From Octopus sinensis (taxonomy: Eukaryota), in the NCBI RefSeq assembly GCF_006345805.1, contig NC_043011.1, positions 16,008,464 through 16,072,463 of the forward strand: a DNA stretch of 64,000 nt, read 5' to 3'. Each line of letters begins with the position of its first letter. Position 1 is the first letter of the stretch. The notes under the pieces were generated by a model, which saw only the letters and a list, made by a program, of their open reading frames with translations, was not told the DNA's origin and did not search any database. A program made the position numbers and the translations under genes. Positions 1 to 14,400 of the stretch are shown here, in pieces.

Positions 1-360
1 TGTCAGTTAAGAGAAAAAAAATATTTCATTTATTCCTTGCGTATCACATATAAGGTTATAATCTTCCAACCAAATTGCATGTTTTTGTATCTCTAAACCA
101 ACAAATTACGCCATTTTACGTCCATGCATGATTTTCCGCCAATAGAAAAAAAAATTAAACGATCATACAGCATTGTTTTGGAGGTATGCCCTTTCACAAA
201 GTTGAGATTATGAATGTCAATTTTTTTCAAGATAAAACGCCAATATATTTCTCTATGAACATGCCACATAGAAGTCAGAAGTATCTAAAATGCATTTGTG
301 GACATTTATATATATACATGTAGACGTGGTATTACTGTAATTAATTTAGCATTATGATAT

Positions 361-755
361 ACTCTTTCTCTTTTACTCTTTTATTTATTTCAGTCATTTG
401 ACTGCGGCCATGCTGGAGCACCGCCTTTTAGTCTCTTTTGCTGAACCGCTAAGTGACGGGGACGTAAAAACACCAGCATCGGTTGTCAAGCAATTAGGGG
501 GACAGACACATACACACAAACACATACACAGCCACATATATATATATATATATAATATATATATATAATATATATATATATATACATATATACGACAGGC
601 TTCTTTCAGTTTCCGTCTACCAAATCCACTCACAAGGCATTGGTCGGCCCGGGGCTATAGCAGAAGACACTTGCCCAAGATGCCATGCAGTGGGACTGAA
701 CCCGGAACCATGTGGTTAGTTAGCAAGCTACTTAACACACAGCCACTCCTGCGCC
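361..755 (-). mobile_element. tRNA-derived SINE, family A (head GGCGCAGGAGTGGCTGTG...), with internal CA/TA microsatellite
   Basis: Minus strand begins GGCGCAGGAGTGGCTGTGTGTTAAG (A-box-like) and has GGTTCAGTCCC (B-box-like); near-identical copies at 35159, 36932 and 47488. Confidence 0.85.
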
Positions 756-3630
756 TATATATGAACTGATGTTCAAGATTTGTTACTTGATTCTAATATA
801 TATAAGAGACATTTTTGAGAGAAATCCCATGGAGGGTTTCAAATTTAGAGCCGAATCGCCACATTCCATAAAACATTTACCAACATGTTGATGTGGTGAG
901 TTGTAGAAGTTTAACTTGAGGTCAAATCTTACAAAATCACACAAATTCCAACCTATGGTTCCAGCCATCGTGTCTTTCAGTGATATCTAGAACTACGTTA
1001 TGTAATCTGCTCATCTTTGTGTAAGTTGATTGAATCTGATTTCGAGGATAATTGACTGCCATTTCTAGAATATTAAGCACAGAGACGCACACAGGCACAG
1101 ACACACACACACGCACGCACACACATGCACACTGACACACCGACAAACAGACAGACAGACAGTCAGACACACATGCACAAACACACACTCAAACATTCAC
1201 TAGATTGTTAACGTGGGTTACTATCAAAACTTGTTAACATAGATTATATAATTACGGGTAAAATAAACTTAATCATAGAATAGTAAATTATGGGCGTTTC
1301 TCAGATTAACTTGGTTTATTGCATTCCGATGTGTACACAGCTCGGTTGTTAACTGAATTAGTCCCAATATTCTACAGGATAAGTAAACCTTCTTATCATA
1401 TTAGTCAATATAATCAGGCTATATGAATAATCTTCAAACATATTTCTCTAAATTGACTTGAGATTTCAACAGCCATTAAAACTCATTACAGACTTTTATA
1501 GCATTATTTAATTGATACAATGTCAGCACGATGTCAGCCTATAAAGAGCCTATACCACTGGGATCTATAATGCTATTGCCGATGTAACCTCATTAATATC
1601 CACATGATAGTTGTGATTAAAGTTCAGCTGAAGTTAACAGAGCCTTTGCCACGATGTCTTGCAGTAAGCATATATCATGGCTTTCTCCTGAAAAAATATC
1701 GTAGCAAAGACGGGTTCAGTAATATATCAACATTTTATTGGCACATGCAGAAGCAATTAAAGAAAATAAAATCAATACTGACAAACATTAACAACTGTTT
1801 CACGATGGCCTACAAATTACAACACACTTACACCTGACTTGCCCCTGATTTCTTGCCAATAAAATAATTATTTAAAAGAATCAAATTGAGTGTTCTCCAT
1901 ATATTATATTAACTTGAAATTAATTAGTTTCAGATTCACAAAAGAAATAGGGGAGTTCGGTAGTTTATTACCTACTCTGTTCACTATAACCAGTGACTGA
2001 ATACCATCCTGACAAATGGCCCATAAAAAATTCAACATCACAGTTTAATTTTATGAGCAGTGTAATTAAGAATGCAATATATATTTCAGATGATTGATTG
2101 TCGAACTTAAATTCCATGGAGTCATGCTCATCTGTGTTACTTAAGTATCGTATATATATCGCGGAAACAAAATATCACGTAAAATACAAAGAGAAGGACA
2201 CCACACTTCAAATGATTCACAGGGAAATAACCTTGAATAAAAAGGTGAACCGATGAAAGAAAAGTCTTCCTCAGCTAAATGTAATATGCAAATAAATTTA
2301 CATAAATTTGTCACTTTTTCTGTCCTACAAAATCCCTCTTTATCAATAAAATTTAGCACACATTTTATACACACAATCGCACGTATGTGTGTGTATGTGT
2401 GTGTGTGAGCGTGTGTGTGTGTGCGTGTGTGAGTGTGTGTGTATGTGTTTGCGTGCTGTGTGTATGTGTGCGTGTCTGTGTAAAAATGTAAAAAGCAGTA
2501 AGAAAATGATCGTAATCTTTTATGAAATATTAAAGAATACATTACATTTAAATGTGTTTAACTTAAATTACTTAAACCGTTTCATTCATGGTCTCTGGAT
2601 TTTCAAATAAATATCTTTATACTAATCGCAACATATAAGTTTGACGTTTTTGTAACTGAACAATGGAGTCTGTTTATAGTAGCTGAAATGATATAAAGCG
2701 AAACTTTTGTAGCAATACTACCACCAATGTAGATTGTTAGTAAACATTAGTCTTTTTATAGTATATAAAACCACAGATATACGTTCACATGCGTATTTAC
2801 TCGTGCATTATGTTTAGACATACGTTCACACGCATGCTTACTCGCGCTTAAACACAATATATATATATATAAGTGCCATGCTGTGGGACTGAATACGCTA
2901 GTATGTAGGTACCACACAGCCACGCCTGCACCTATGTAGCCCTCATTTAATAGCTACGGATATAGCATTTACTCACGTCTTAATTTCGAGCACCTTAATT
3001 TCACTTGAAAATACCTGAATATTTTCAATCAGAAAACTATGATTTCCTCACTCTATATTCTTAATTTTAGCATATTGTTCTCCTAATGCCCTATTGATAA
3101 TCAAGATTAAATGAAAGAAATATTATGAAATTCGAATTTAAATTTATGTAATGAAGCACATTTAATTCATTTTATAGAAGTGGTTTTATTCAGTTCGAAA
3201 AATTGATATAAATAGCGCCGGATTAAGAATCTCAAAGGCTCTAAGCACTAAAGATTTTTGGTGACCACATAGATATGTAATTCAACATATAATCAATAAT
3301 AAATCATAAAATGGATCACAGCTAACACTAAGATGTGCAATAATGATAATGTTTATATAGTTCCAATTTATATTTGAAGAATTTTCTCTGGCTTTTGATA
3401 ATTCCAAAGTTTTTGATCAGATCCTCAATAATAATCTTACATAACACTTCTGCTTCTGTACTTGTTAGAGGTAATGCATCCCGAAAATTATTTTAGCAAG
3501 TCTAAAGCGATTTCTGTGGTGCTCCCTCCTTCCCTTGATGCACTAAGTATGTGATCGCTTTGCCTAATGATTAATCCAGCGCTGATTGTATGATGATTCG
3601 TGACAATTAATGGTTAGATATAGCAAAGAT

Positions 3631-3632
<2 letters not shown>

Positions 3633-3714
<82 letters not shown>
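3633..3714. repeat. (TC)n(AC)n compound microsatellite
   Basis: Directly visible. Confidence 0.95.
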
Positions 3715-3717
<3 letters not shown>

Positions 3718-4537
3718 TGAAATAATATTGGTTTGCATGATGCTATTTCCAGTAAAACTAGTGGTATTTCGAAGAAACCTTACAGAAAACTTCTCAGTTA
3801 TCACCTATCATCTATTCAGTGTTCATAATACCAGCAAAAGGTATGACAAAGATTATAATATAACACTGTGTTATCCCTTACAAAATGTTACGCTGAACTC
3901 AACATTCATGTTAAAATGGCTTAAAATAGCCTGAGAAATAATAATTCCAAATATGAGTTCCTATTACTATCTCGCATCTCAAATTTCGATAAAGAATTTC
4001 TAAGCTTTCGGAAAGGTTTAGCAAAGGCAATATTAATAAACGTCTAACTGTATGTGATACTATAATGAAAATATTTGAAACCGTTAACCCTATCTTTAAA
4101 GGTGGAAATATCTAAAAAATATTTATTTCAATACTTGTCGCTCGAGTTGATATTCAACAGATGCAGATGACTTTGCTAAGGTTGCTTAAATACAACCCGA
4201 CCGTTTCATAGTTTGGAATTTTCGGGTCTATCCTAATGCTTATAAAATTCTTATTCACTTGACCAGTTAGTGATCGGAGATCAAACTTATCGAAGCTTAG
4301 TGTAAGTTTAGATATAGTTTTTGCATTGCAAACTACAAGAATAATGATTTTCATCGTGATTTATTCCTTGCATATACACATAAAATGAATTTTATGCGTA
4401 TTTATACTTGGTAGGTGGTAATTTTTGTATGCCGGTGAGTTTAAGACGACTATCGAAACGTCTGAAAACCCACACAACCAAAGTTAAAATCACAATATAA
4501 TTAATATGGGTAAATCTATATTTTCCATATAGATGAG

Positions 4538-4745
4538 GTGCTTAGCTGGCAGAATCGTAAGCACCCCAGGATAAATGTTCAGCTGCATTTCGTCCATCTT
4601 TCACATTCTGAGTTCAAATTCCGTCGACGTTGACTTTAATTTCTTCGGGATCGATAAAATAAGTACCAGTTGATCATTTTGGTCGATCTAACGGATTTAT
4701 CTCCTCACAGAAATTACTAGACTTGTACCAAAATTTGAAACCGAT
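4538..4745 (+). mobile_element. SINE family B, diverged copy
   Basis: AGCTGGCAGAATCGTAAGCAC...GAGTTCAAATTCCG...GATCGATAAAATAAGTACCAG matches the family B head and core. Confidence 0.7.
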
Positions 4746-5338
4746 ATTGTCCAAATAGAGAATAGCGGGACATTTATGAGCTAAAAATCAGATTATGTAT
4801 ATTTATTAGCATCATATTGTAAGAGAAATGAGATATTTTCCTATAATACATATATTAACAATAATATACTTATAAAAAAAAAACTTAGCTATAACCCTGG
4901 AAATTCTCCAGTTATTTTGGACAATTTAAGGTGAATTAATATTTATAAAACATCACGAATACTTAATTCCTATCAATTTTTTTTTTCTGAAACAGTTTAT
5001 GCTTGAGGTGGTGTATATTTTCATGTAAATAGTATTGGGAATACAATCAGTAGAAGAAAACAATCTTAAAAAGTCTATTAGTTTATTATACGCTACTCAG
5101 TTATTTTTTTCTAATCACGAGGACTGTTAACTGTTATATTTCATTTATGACAGAAACTAAACAACTTTTATCATGGAATAACTTAATTCGATTTAACACT
5201 CGAAAAAGAAATGTCACCGCTGTATATAACGTGGCGCCGCTGTATGAATATACGTATATATGCATATATGTAACTACACATACACACACAAACAGACACA
5301 CATATACGCACATATACATACATATATATACATACATA

Positions 5339-5490
5339 GGCGCAGGAGTGACTCTGTGGTAAGAAACTTGGTTCACCAATACATGATTCAATCCCACTGC
5401 ATGGCCCCTTGTGGAAGTGTCTTCTACTGTAGCCTCGGGTCGACAAAGAAAGGAACCCGTCGCATATATATACATACATATATATATATA

Positions 5491-5535
<45 letters not shown>

Positions 5536-5630
5536 ATCTATATATGTATGTATATATGTATGTATGTATTTGTGTGTTTGTGTTTACCCCCACCCCAGCA
5601 ACGCTTGTCAAATAATTTTGGTGTCTTTAC
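5339..5630 (+). mobile_element. SINE family A, diverged copy
   Basis: GGCGCAGGAGTGACTCTGTGGTAAG...GATTCAATCCCACTGC...GTGTCTTCTACTGTAGCC. Confidence 0.75.
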
Positions 5631-5842
5631 TTTAACTTACTACGCATTATCTTCTAATTGATCCATTAACCTTCCACTCAAAACAAATAAATGCAAATTT
5701 AAAGCATAAATTTGTAATTTACCTATTGAGCAGTAATGGAAACGGCTGTAACAACTAAAGATTATCAACTTTTTAAGAATAAATAATTGTTATAATCTTA
5801 ACTCTCCATTTTCTCACCATCATTTAAGTGAACATGAACTTT

Positions 5843-5879
<37 letters not shown>

Positions 5880-5993
5880 CTGAACATTGCTCTACATTTT
5901 AATTGATGTAATGTTTGCATTGTTCAGTTAAATGGAGTCGCATGAAACGACCGTACTGCATTACCTCTGGATATCCTTGTTGCTTATTTTGAC

Positions 5994-6025
<32 letters not shown>

Positions 6026-7889
6026 AGCATTCGACAAATACATCCGAATAAAATAACAACCACATATAGAAATATAAAAATACGGAAATATATATTCTCC
6101 TTCATATGCTGTAAGAAATCATAGAAGGCAGTACCCTACCATGACCGCAATTCAATTGCATGCATAGTCAAAATGAAAAAAAAATGAACAATGAATATAT
6201 AATGTAGAGATATCAGTTGATTGTCTTACGAATAATACATGTTACATCTTATACAGATTACGTCTGTGATTGCATACCGTAGGTTATTGCCTTAGGTGCA
6301 ATGTAAACCATATCTTCCTTTTCTTTTAAGACTGTTAAATATGTAGAGAAATAAATACTGAAAGTTGTGATTTACAATAATACGTACAAGTGCATGTGTT
6401 GAGCAATTGACGATTTCATAAAAATTCCCCCTCCTCTGTCACCGTTATGATTCACTCAGAACACAGGAAATACATTCAATCTTTCTCTAGCTCATTTTTT
6501 TCGAGTCTGAAGTAAACGTAGAACAGCGTAAATTATGTTATTAGATAAGCTGCCATGTACAGAAAAACTAACGTTCTAACTGTAGCTCGAAAATTCAGTG
6601 TGGTACTCTTCGGTATGTCATTTAATGCCATTTATGCCACTGATACTTTTATATATGATATATTTTCTAAGGGTTTTATGACAAAGTATATTTAATAATT
6701 TATTTATTTCAGTGTAAATGAGTATATATTTAACGAGGGTCTGTTTATAAGTATACAATCATTTGTGTATATTTGTATATTTGCCGCATTTGCAAGTGAG
6801 TTAGTGAATGTGTACTTGCCCCTTGTGTGTTGTACTTTAGTGGATGCATGAAACTTAGATAAAATATCAAAATGGCGTAGTTTAAAATTTGATTTCCATT
6901 ATTTCCCGTCTTCTTATAAGCAGGTTCTTGACCCTGAGGCAATATCGATATTTTCGTTTAGAGGTCGATGATAAAATATCTAAATATCAACAACTAATGC
7001 ACTTATGGATGTTTTCTGTCCAAAGAGATTTCTGTTAACAATGGTATAAGTAAAGATAAAAAGAAGAAAATGCCGAAACAATTTTTTTTTATTTCTTCAT
7101 AAAAAATGATGTAAATATCAAATGATATCGTTGTTAAAACGAAAACATTAATGAGAGAGGACACAATGTGTGCTGAAAGCAAATTGTCCGCTGGTTGTAA
7201 ATCGAAAATTATAAAAAGTGAAATTAATATAAATTTTATAGCTTAAATATCTATAGTATGTAATGCTTGGAACGTATATAGAATTTATAAAGACTTTATT
7301 CTGTAAAATGGACTTGCAAACGATCCACCCCCCACTTTCATATCCGAACGAGAATGAGTAAAAATGTAAGCAACCATTTTTATGTGCAGAAGTCAGTGTT
7401 CAAATATTTAGGTGCGTGTGTGTGCATGTCTGCGAATGAAAATATTCATACATATGCACACACCAATAAACATACATATACATATACCCATAAAAATACA
7501 TACTTGCATAAGACCCATACCTTTTACACATACACATACATAAATATAGATGCATATATATGCACACTCATACATACAAGTACACATACAAATGCATAGC
7601 TATGCGTAATATATTAGATTATTTTCGTCGATAGATAAAATCTAAGGACTATAAACACTGCACTTCACGGCAGACTGCTCAGAGATATTAGAAATGTAGT
7701 CGAAAGTTGCTAAGCCGGAATATATGTTAGTTGAAAACAACTACAGCAGCAACGAAACGAACAACAATCGTATGACTGTGTGTTTCTGTGTATATGCTTA
7801 TAAACACATAGACATAATCATATAAATATAACCATCTTTGCATTAAATATAGGTACATGCTTGCATACTTACAGGTGCACTCACTCTCT

Positions 7890-7974
<85 letters not shown>

Positions 7975-8329
7975 ATATGTACGGAGGTAGAGAATTTGTA
8001 TTTGCTTGTATGTATGTGTGAGTATGCTTGTGTTTGCATAAATAGCTATATGACTTGAATATCTTCTAGTTATTGACCATAATATTTTTGAATGCTGAAA
8101 CATTACAAAAGCCAAAGTGCACGCTGTTTCCATTGTTTTATTTATTTTCTGAGAACGCTCTTATTCTACCCAATTTATTTAGGCTTCACCAGACATGAAG
8201 ACGTTTGAGTACGGAATTTAAATATACCAATATCTGAACCTATACTACAATGATAGTTCCAGGACATATTTGTAACGGTTATCCCTTCTGGTTCATACGT
8301 AGCACCATAGTATGATAAGTAATGTTATA

Positions 8330-8681
8330 TAGCACAACGCCAGCAATTGCGGGGAAGCGGCTAAATCGATTAAACCTACTCCAGTGCGTAACGTTTACAT
8401 AATTATCGACCCCTAAAGGATGAAGGGCAAGGCCAACCTCATTGGAATTTTAAGTGAGAAAGTAAAGACTGACGAAATACCTATTTTTTTACTACCCACA
8501 AGGGGCTAAACACAGAAGGGACAAACAAGGACAGACAACGGATTAAGTCGATTATATCAGCCCCAGTGCGTAACTGGTACTTATTTAATCGACCCCGAAA
8601 GGATGAAAGGCAAAGTCGACCTCGGCAGAATGCCGCTAATAATTTCGCCCGGCGAGCTAACGTTTCTGCCAACTCGCCGCC
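8330..8681 (-). mobile_element. Two adjacent SINE family B copies (older fragment plus internally deleted younger copy at 8483-8681)
   Basis: ATCGACCCCGAAAGGATGAAAGGCAAAGTCGACCTCGGC motif occurs twice; ends CTCGCCGCC. Confidence 0.8.
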
Positions 8682-9502
8682 TTAAAGTCATATATAATAT
8701 ATTAGAACATAGTTGTAATCATTGTCAGAAAAGTGGATTTTGCAGGAATATAACATTACCCTACTTACAGCATATGGGTCTACGGATTATAGCGTTTAAC
8801 CCCTTCTTCTCGAGGATGAACTTCACCGAGCTTAGCGTATCCGTGGGTCGTAAATCCTATTTAATCAAAGGAGTTAACATACCATATGCATTGTTACAAA
8901 ATTCTGTATTAACAACACATTATATATTCAGTCATCACACTATAGAGTGGATTAGATCATTCCGTAGAATAGCAATTGGTAATCAATTCAAAGTTCCTTA
9001 GATTTAAGTCTGCCTTAACCATGAAAATTACACGAGTCCTTTGCTGGGTAAAATCGAAACTGGTGGTGGTATTTTGTTTCAGATGAATGATGGGAGCGAA
9101 TTCAGAGAACATATTTTACTGCAGAACACATTCATCAGTTCTGTCTGCACAGTTAAACCACAAGTTCAGATTGTGTTAACATTGTGAGTTCAAAACCCTA
9201 ACCGCTAAGTCACTAATATAAATAAGAATTTGAAAGGATTCCCTTCTCGCTTGAAAAGAGCGAACGGCTGGCACATTTATTCTCTGGCAATATTTTGAGT
9301 CGGTATTGCGAGTCTAATGCTCATACTCTAAAGTTCACTTGACTGGAATCTATATTTCTCACAGATATAGTTTGGCTGATCTGACGTCGACAATCACAAG
9401 TTTCATCAGCTGTTGTCTTGCGTTATTTTTGTCATTTCTCTTATATTAGGTAAATGAATGCGTTTGAATTCTCTATAATAGAATATATCTCACTGCAGTC
9501 TG

Positions 9503-9795
9503 ACATGAGACCTCCTTCGGTCATGACTGACCATGGGATTGCACCTTGAATGTTACCCTCTCAGGCACAAGTCCGGGCAAGATTGTTTATGGAAGACCAG
9601 CAGTCACCCATGCATACCGGCCTCCTCTCTCCACGCCACCAAAGGATGATACAGCTTGACACCAGTGATGTCGCAACTGGAGCAACTTGAAATAAAGTGC
9701 CTTCTTCAAGAACACAACAGGCAGCCCGGTCCGGGATTCGAACTGAAAACCTCACGATCGTAAGCTCGATGGTCTAACAATTAAGCCATGCCCTT
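9503..9795 (-). mobile_element. tRNA-derived SINE family C
   Basis: Minus strand GGCATGGCTTAATTGTTAGACC...AGTTCGAATCCCGGACCGGGC; homologous to 49553-49886. Confidence 0.8.
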
Positions 9796-10154
9796 CACAA
9801 TCGTGTGCTACAGCACAGCACAATATATACAGCAAACATGTCAATAAACCCGAAATAACAGTGATTGATTACAGCATTAAATTATTGGACTGCATTTTAA
9901 ACAATACATTATCCACTTCATTTTAGTGACATGTTTACACATAAACATCCCACTGGGTCGCCATTAAGCTATTCTATCTTTTATTCAACGCACACTGTTG
10001 CTCTGACGGGCGTACCTGTACGGTTATCAAAATTAGACTGGCAAAGAAGTAGCCCAATTGTCAGTACCTCGCAATGCCAACTGCAACTCCTTTCAGCATT
10101 GGCTCGAGGTAACCCATAGTTATTACAAAATGTGGAATATACATATATATATTC

Positions 10155-10231
<77 letters not shown>

Positions 10232-10232
<1 letters not shown>

Positions 10233-10726
10233 CGTGTTGGATGGCGAAGAAAGGTGTGGAGTGGAGTAAAAAATTTCAAGAGGCCAGGATAACGCAAGTA
10301 ATACTCAAAAGAGTTCTAAGGAAGAATGATACGACCAAGAAAGTGAATGACAATGACCTTTTGTGTGCACAGTCTGTGACAGACCATGACTGTCTTTGGC
10401 TGGCCTAAAATCTCATCTGCGAACGCATGGAAAACGAACGTCTACCACCTATTCTGACTATATGTCAGTGCACACCTTTGAGTGGAATGTATGCCAGAAG
10501 GTTTGCAAATCAAACGGAGGCCTCCGAAGTCATGATAAAATCCACAAAGAGCAGAACTTATATGCAGGTGTTGGTGGTCGAAATCCTAGGTGCGATATAT
10601 GTGGATGTCTTTTCAGGATATTGTCTGGTTTAAAAAGCCACATCAGACGCCATGCTGGCGCTAAGTTAGAGGTAGGTGTAGGTACAGGAGGTGGTCAAAC
10701 TCTGTATGAGGAGTAGTTAACCATCA
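10232..10726 (+). mobile_element. 3' end of an RTE-clade LINE encoding three tandem C2H2 zinc fingers (frameshifted)
   Basis: W..KKG....FQEARI....KR.LRK followed by GLKSHLRTH, CQKVCKSNGGLRSHDKIH and CDICGCLFRILSGLKSHIRRH; this layout matches the C-terminus of RTE ORFs; flanked by (TA)n. Confidence 0.7.
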
Positions 10727-10728
10727 TG

Positions 10729-10799
<71 letters not shown>

Positions 10800-10881
10800 T
10801 ACATATACATATATATATATAATATATATATATATTATATATATATATTATATATGTGTGTGTGTATACATACACACACAC

Positions 10882-10946
<65 letters not shown>

Positions 10947-11420
10947 ATTACATTATATATATATATATACGAATGTATGCTTGTATAAAGATGAATCTCA
11001 GCCAAACTTAAGACATTTCGCAGCTACGCGGGTGCGGCAATAAGCATCTTTCTGTCACCGGAAGGTGGCTATCACAGATAGAAATCGATATCGATTTGTG
11101 TGATGTAATCACCTTTCCGAATATATTCAAAACCAGCCAAAAGCGCCATAGAAACCAGTAAGAATGTAAACAAAATCCTACCGCCAGTACCACCATCATA
11201 AAAAAAAAATATCTGTCAGATTGGTATCTGGTTATTCTGATCTGACAGTGATAACTGTGGAATGTATACAGTTGAAAAAATATTTTTATAACCACAGAAA
11301 ACAATTTTTATAATTTTTCTAAACTATCATTGAATACGATGCTGCTTCTGACAAGACAGAAGAGTGAACAAAACCAAGCATTTTGTGGATAAAAGTTAAA
11401 TGCGATCTCGCAGGGGATAC

Positions 11421-12514
11421 TGCCAGTTATGTGAGTGTCAATACCTGACTCTATACAAATACTCTCTCCCTAAATGATCGTCTGGGAGGTGTTTTCAGAG
11501 GCCGCAGCAGAGAAACAGCGTTGCATAAGCAACCCAGGCGCAGCATAAACAACGCAGACGCGGTGCTTATGCATTGGCACGCTCCACTGTAGAACTGGAC
11601 CGTTCATTACCATTAGGAACTATTAGGACCATTGCATACTGGAAACAGTTTCTAGTGAAATTTAAAAAAAATGTACAGTAATTCTACTCTAAAGCTCGAT
11701 GGATAATTACTGACATAGTAGAAAAAATCCTAGGGAAAAATCTATGTTGTTACAGTTTATGATTTAGAACGAAATTACAAACTTTAATCGGAATGCAGCA
11801 TAGTGAAAGACAATTAAGCAAGATAACAGTATATAATTCAATGATGAAACTTTCTAGAAAGCTATTACAAAGCCGCATAGGCTGTACGGAGTGACCTGGT
11901 AGCTGACAACTGGTAAATCTATATATTTCAAATGGTGTCCATATAGTTTTCCACACCACGAGCATAGAGTGTGGCTATAAATGAGAACACGTTCTTTAAA
12001 GAAGAAAACGTAGAGCCTTCATGAACAAGCTGTAAGCAAACTGCCTTTATTTCTCCGAGAACATTCCAAGACTAACGATGTAATCACTGATAAGCTGGCA
12101 TATAGAATGCGTTGTGTGCGCGTCGAAAAAATATATTAAGTACCTCTACACCATAGAGATCTTGAATACAGAAAGTCATTCGATTACGTTCCCCGCTGCT
12201 ATCTACTGAACTCAGTGTTGTTTACAAAAGTACCTGCAGCTTTAGTTGCTATATTCGAAAGTTTTACAGAGATTTGGTCTACATCCATCCCAGTTAGGTG
12301 AGTTTCAATACCATGCCTCTATACAACTTCTCTCACTTTGAAAGAACGTTTGGGAGGTGTTTGCAGATGCCGCAGCAGAGAAACAGCCTTGCATAAGTAA
12401 CCCAGGCGCAGCATAAGCAACGTAGGCGCAGTATAAGCAACCCCCGTGCTTATGCATTGGCACTTAGAGCCTTCGTGTAGAAGCTGTAAGCAAGCTGCCT
12501 TTATTTCTCCGAGA
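11421..12514 (+). repeat. Diverged local duplication (11421-11580 vs 12291-12462; 12011-12060 vs 12464-12514) with internal ~19-bp GCATAAGCAACCCAGGCGCA repeats
   Basis: Direct alignment by eye. Confidence 0.8.
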
Positions 12515-14169
12515 AAATAGAATAAATGTTTATAATATTATGAATATTTGTTGGCGACGAGCTGGCAGAATCATTAGCGCGCTTTTCTTTCGTATTTAAT
12601 TCTAAGTTCATATGCTGCTGGGATCAACTTTATCATTCATCCTTTGGATGTCAATAAAATAGGTACCATCCCTCGAAATTGCCGGCCTCGTGCAAAAAAT
12701 TGTAACCAGCATTATGAACATTTGACGGGTAATATTCCACGGCGGCATTCTGCATGCTTAATTTTGGCCATAAAATTTCTCCCGTGAAAACACAATTATA
12801 TACTGGGGTCTACAACAGCAAGCGGCAATAATTTAATCCATAATATTTTGTAAGCGATATAAAGAAAATTCTGTGCTCGAAATATTTGAGGAAACTGGAA
12901 ACAGCATGATTTAATTAGATATATATTCCACAGATACAGTGAGATAGAGTCAAAAACAAATTTTCATATCTTACAATTGAATGCGTAAACTTTTCCCAGA
13001 ACAAAACCTCATTGTCTCAGCGCTCTCTTCCAATGCCCTCAGTTCTACGTTGTGAGAAGTAGCATTATCTAGGTATCTACAGAAACGTCAAAGAAATGTT
13101 CTGTGAAGAAATATGGGTTAACCAAAAACACTTATTCTGGTACGTCCGTCAGAGATTTTCTGTTACTACAGGAGAATATACAACAATAGATTTGCAGTAC
13201 TGGTATTAAGGTATAATATATTTCACTTGCCTATAGAGCAACTGCACTGCATGAACATTGAAATCCATAAGATCATTTCACCCCCTGTGAACTTCTAGAG
13301 TACCGGTGATATTGACTGGCTCTATTTTGCAAGAAAAGAGAGAAAAAAGTACATGAGAGTACAGAAATAGCCCTTGAGTGTTGCATGATATCACTCAGAT
13401 GTCACATGCAAAATCATAGCAGTGAAATAAATACATTAACCAAATGCGGAAAAATGAAGTGAACAATGTTTAGTAGCCGTAGTAAACTACTCAAGCAGCA
13501 CACATTTCCTAATTGCCTCCAGTGGTATCCTATACCGACACGACTCAGCAAAGGCTCGGAAGAGAAACACTTTACATACCAGACAAAAGGTATGGGAGTT
13601 GTATGTTTCCCCGCAAAATTGTGGAGGAGGATAAATATCAGCGTGAAGTGAAACATTTCCGAGATTCGTCACCGTTATCTAACGTTACATTTACAAATTA
13701 AGTGCATGAGTTAGTTACGAAATATCTTAGCAGCAAAGGAAATGGGGAAGTACTTAATCACCCTAAACGTAATCATCAATGCTGATTATATAACTTTTTT
13801 ATGGAGGATATAACGCATGAAGTCAATACCTTCCTAAACATACCAATGCGATGATATGCTCCATCTAAAAGAACGTATACGAAATTCGCAGACATTTTTT
13901 CTGGTTGAAATATAATCAACTCTTCTACTATTGAATATGCATATAGTATAAAAGCAAGGAATACTGGTTGATCATTTGCATTGAAATTCAACAAATATGT
14001 CAAGCCCAACATAATTCTGGTCGAAAAGAGAAACTGTTTATCGCCAAACAGATGAGATGTTATGCAGAAAGGAAAGACCTTCAGAAACGTGCGAGAAATG
14101 CAATATATATGGACACCTGCTTCCAAAATCTTAGTTCCTCTAGTCTAATCATAACTTCACATTTATACC

Positions 14170-14400
14170 TATTTCTTTACTACCCACAAGGGGCTAAACA
14201 CAGAGGGGACAAACAAGGACAGACATAGGTATTAAGTCGATTACATCGACCCCAGTGCGTAACTGGTACTTAATTTATCGATCCCGGAAGGATGAAAGGC
14301 AAAGTCGACCTCGGCGGAATTTGAACTCACAACGTAACGCAGACGAAATACCGCTAAGCATTTCGCCCGGCGTGCTAACATTTCAGCCAGCTCGCTGCCT
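14170..14400 (-). mobile_element. SINE family B (head GGCGGCGAGCTGGCAGAA...), full length, 18-bp target-site duplication
   Basis: TSD TAACTTCACATTTATACC at 14152-14169 and 14401-14418; B-box-like GAGTTCAAATTCC; core GCCTTTCATCCTTCCGGGATCGATAAATTAAGTACCAG. Confidence 0.9.

Noticed and set aside
5880-5970. GAAA-CGACCG-TA after a hairpin beside (TA)n
   Set aside because: Only a possible 3' half; no CUGANGA or stem I partner
11055-11105. GTCAC-CGGAAGG...GATA-GAAA-TCGATATCGA-TT hammerhead-like relic with palindromic stem III
   Set aside because: Two core substitutions and out-of-register stem I; at most a decayed copy
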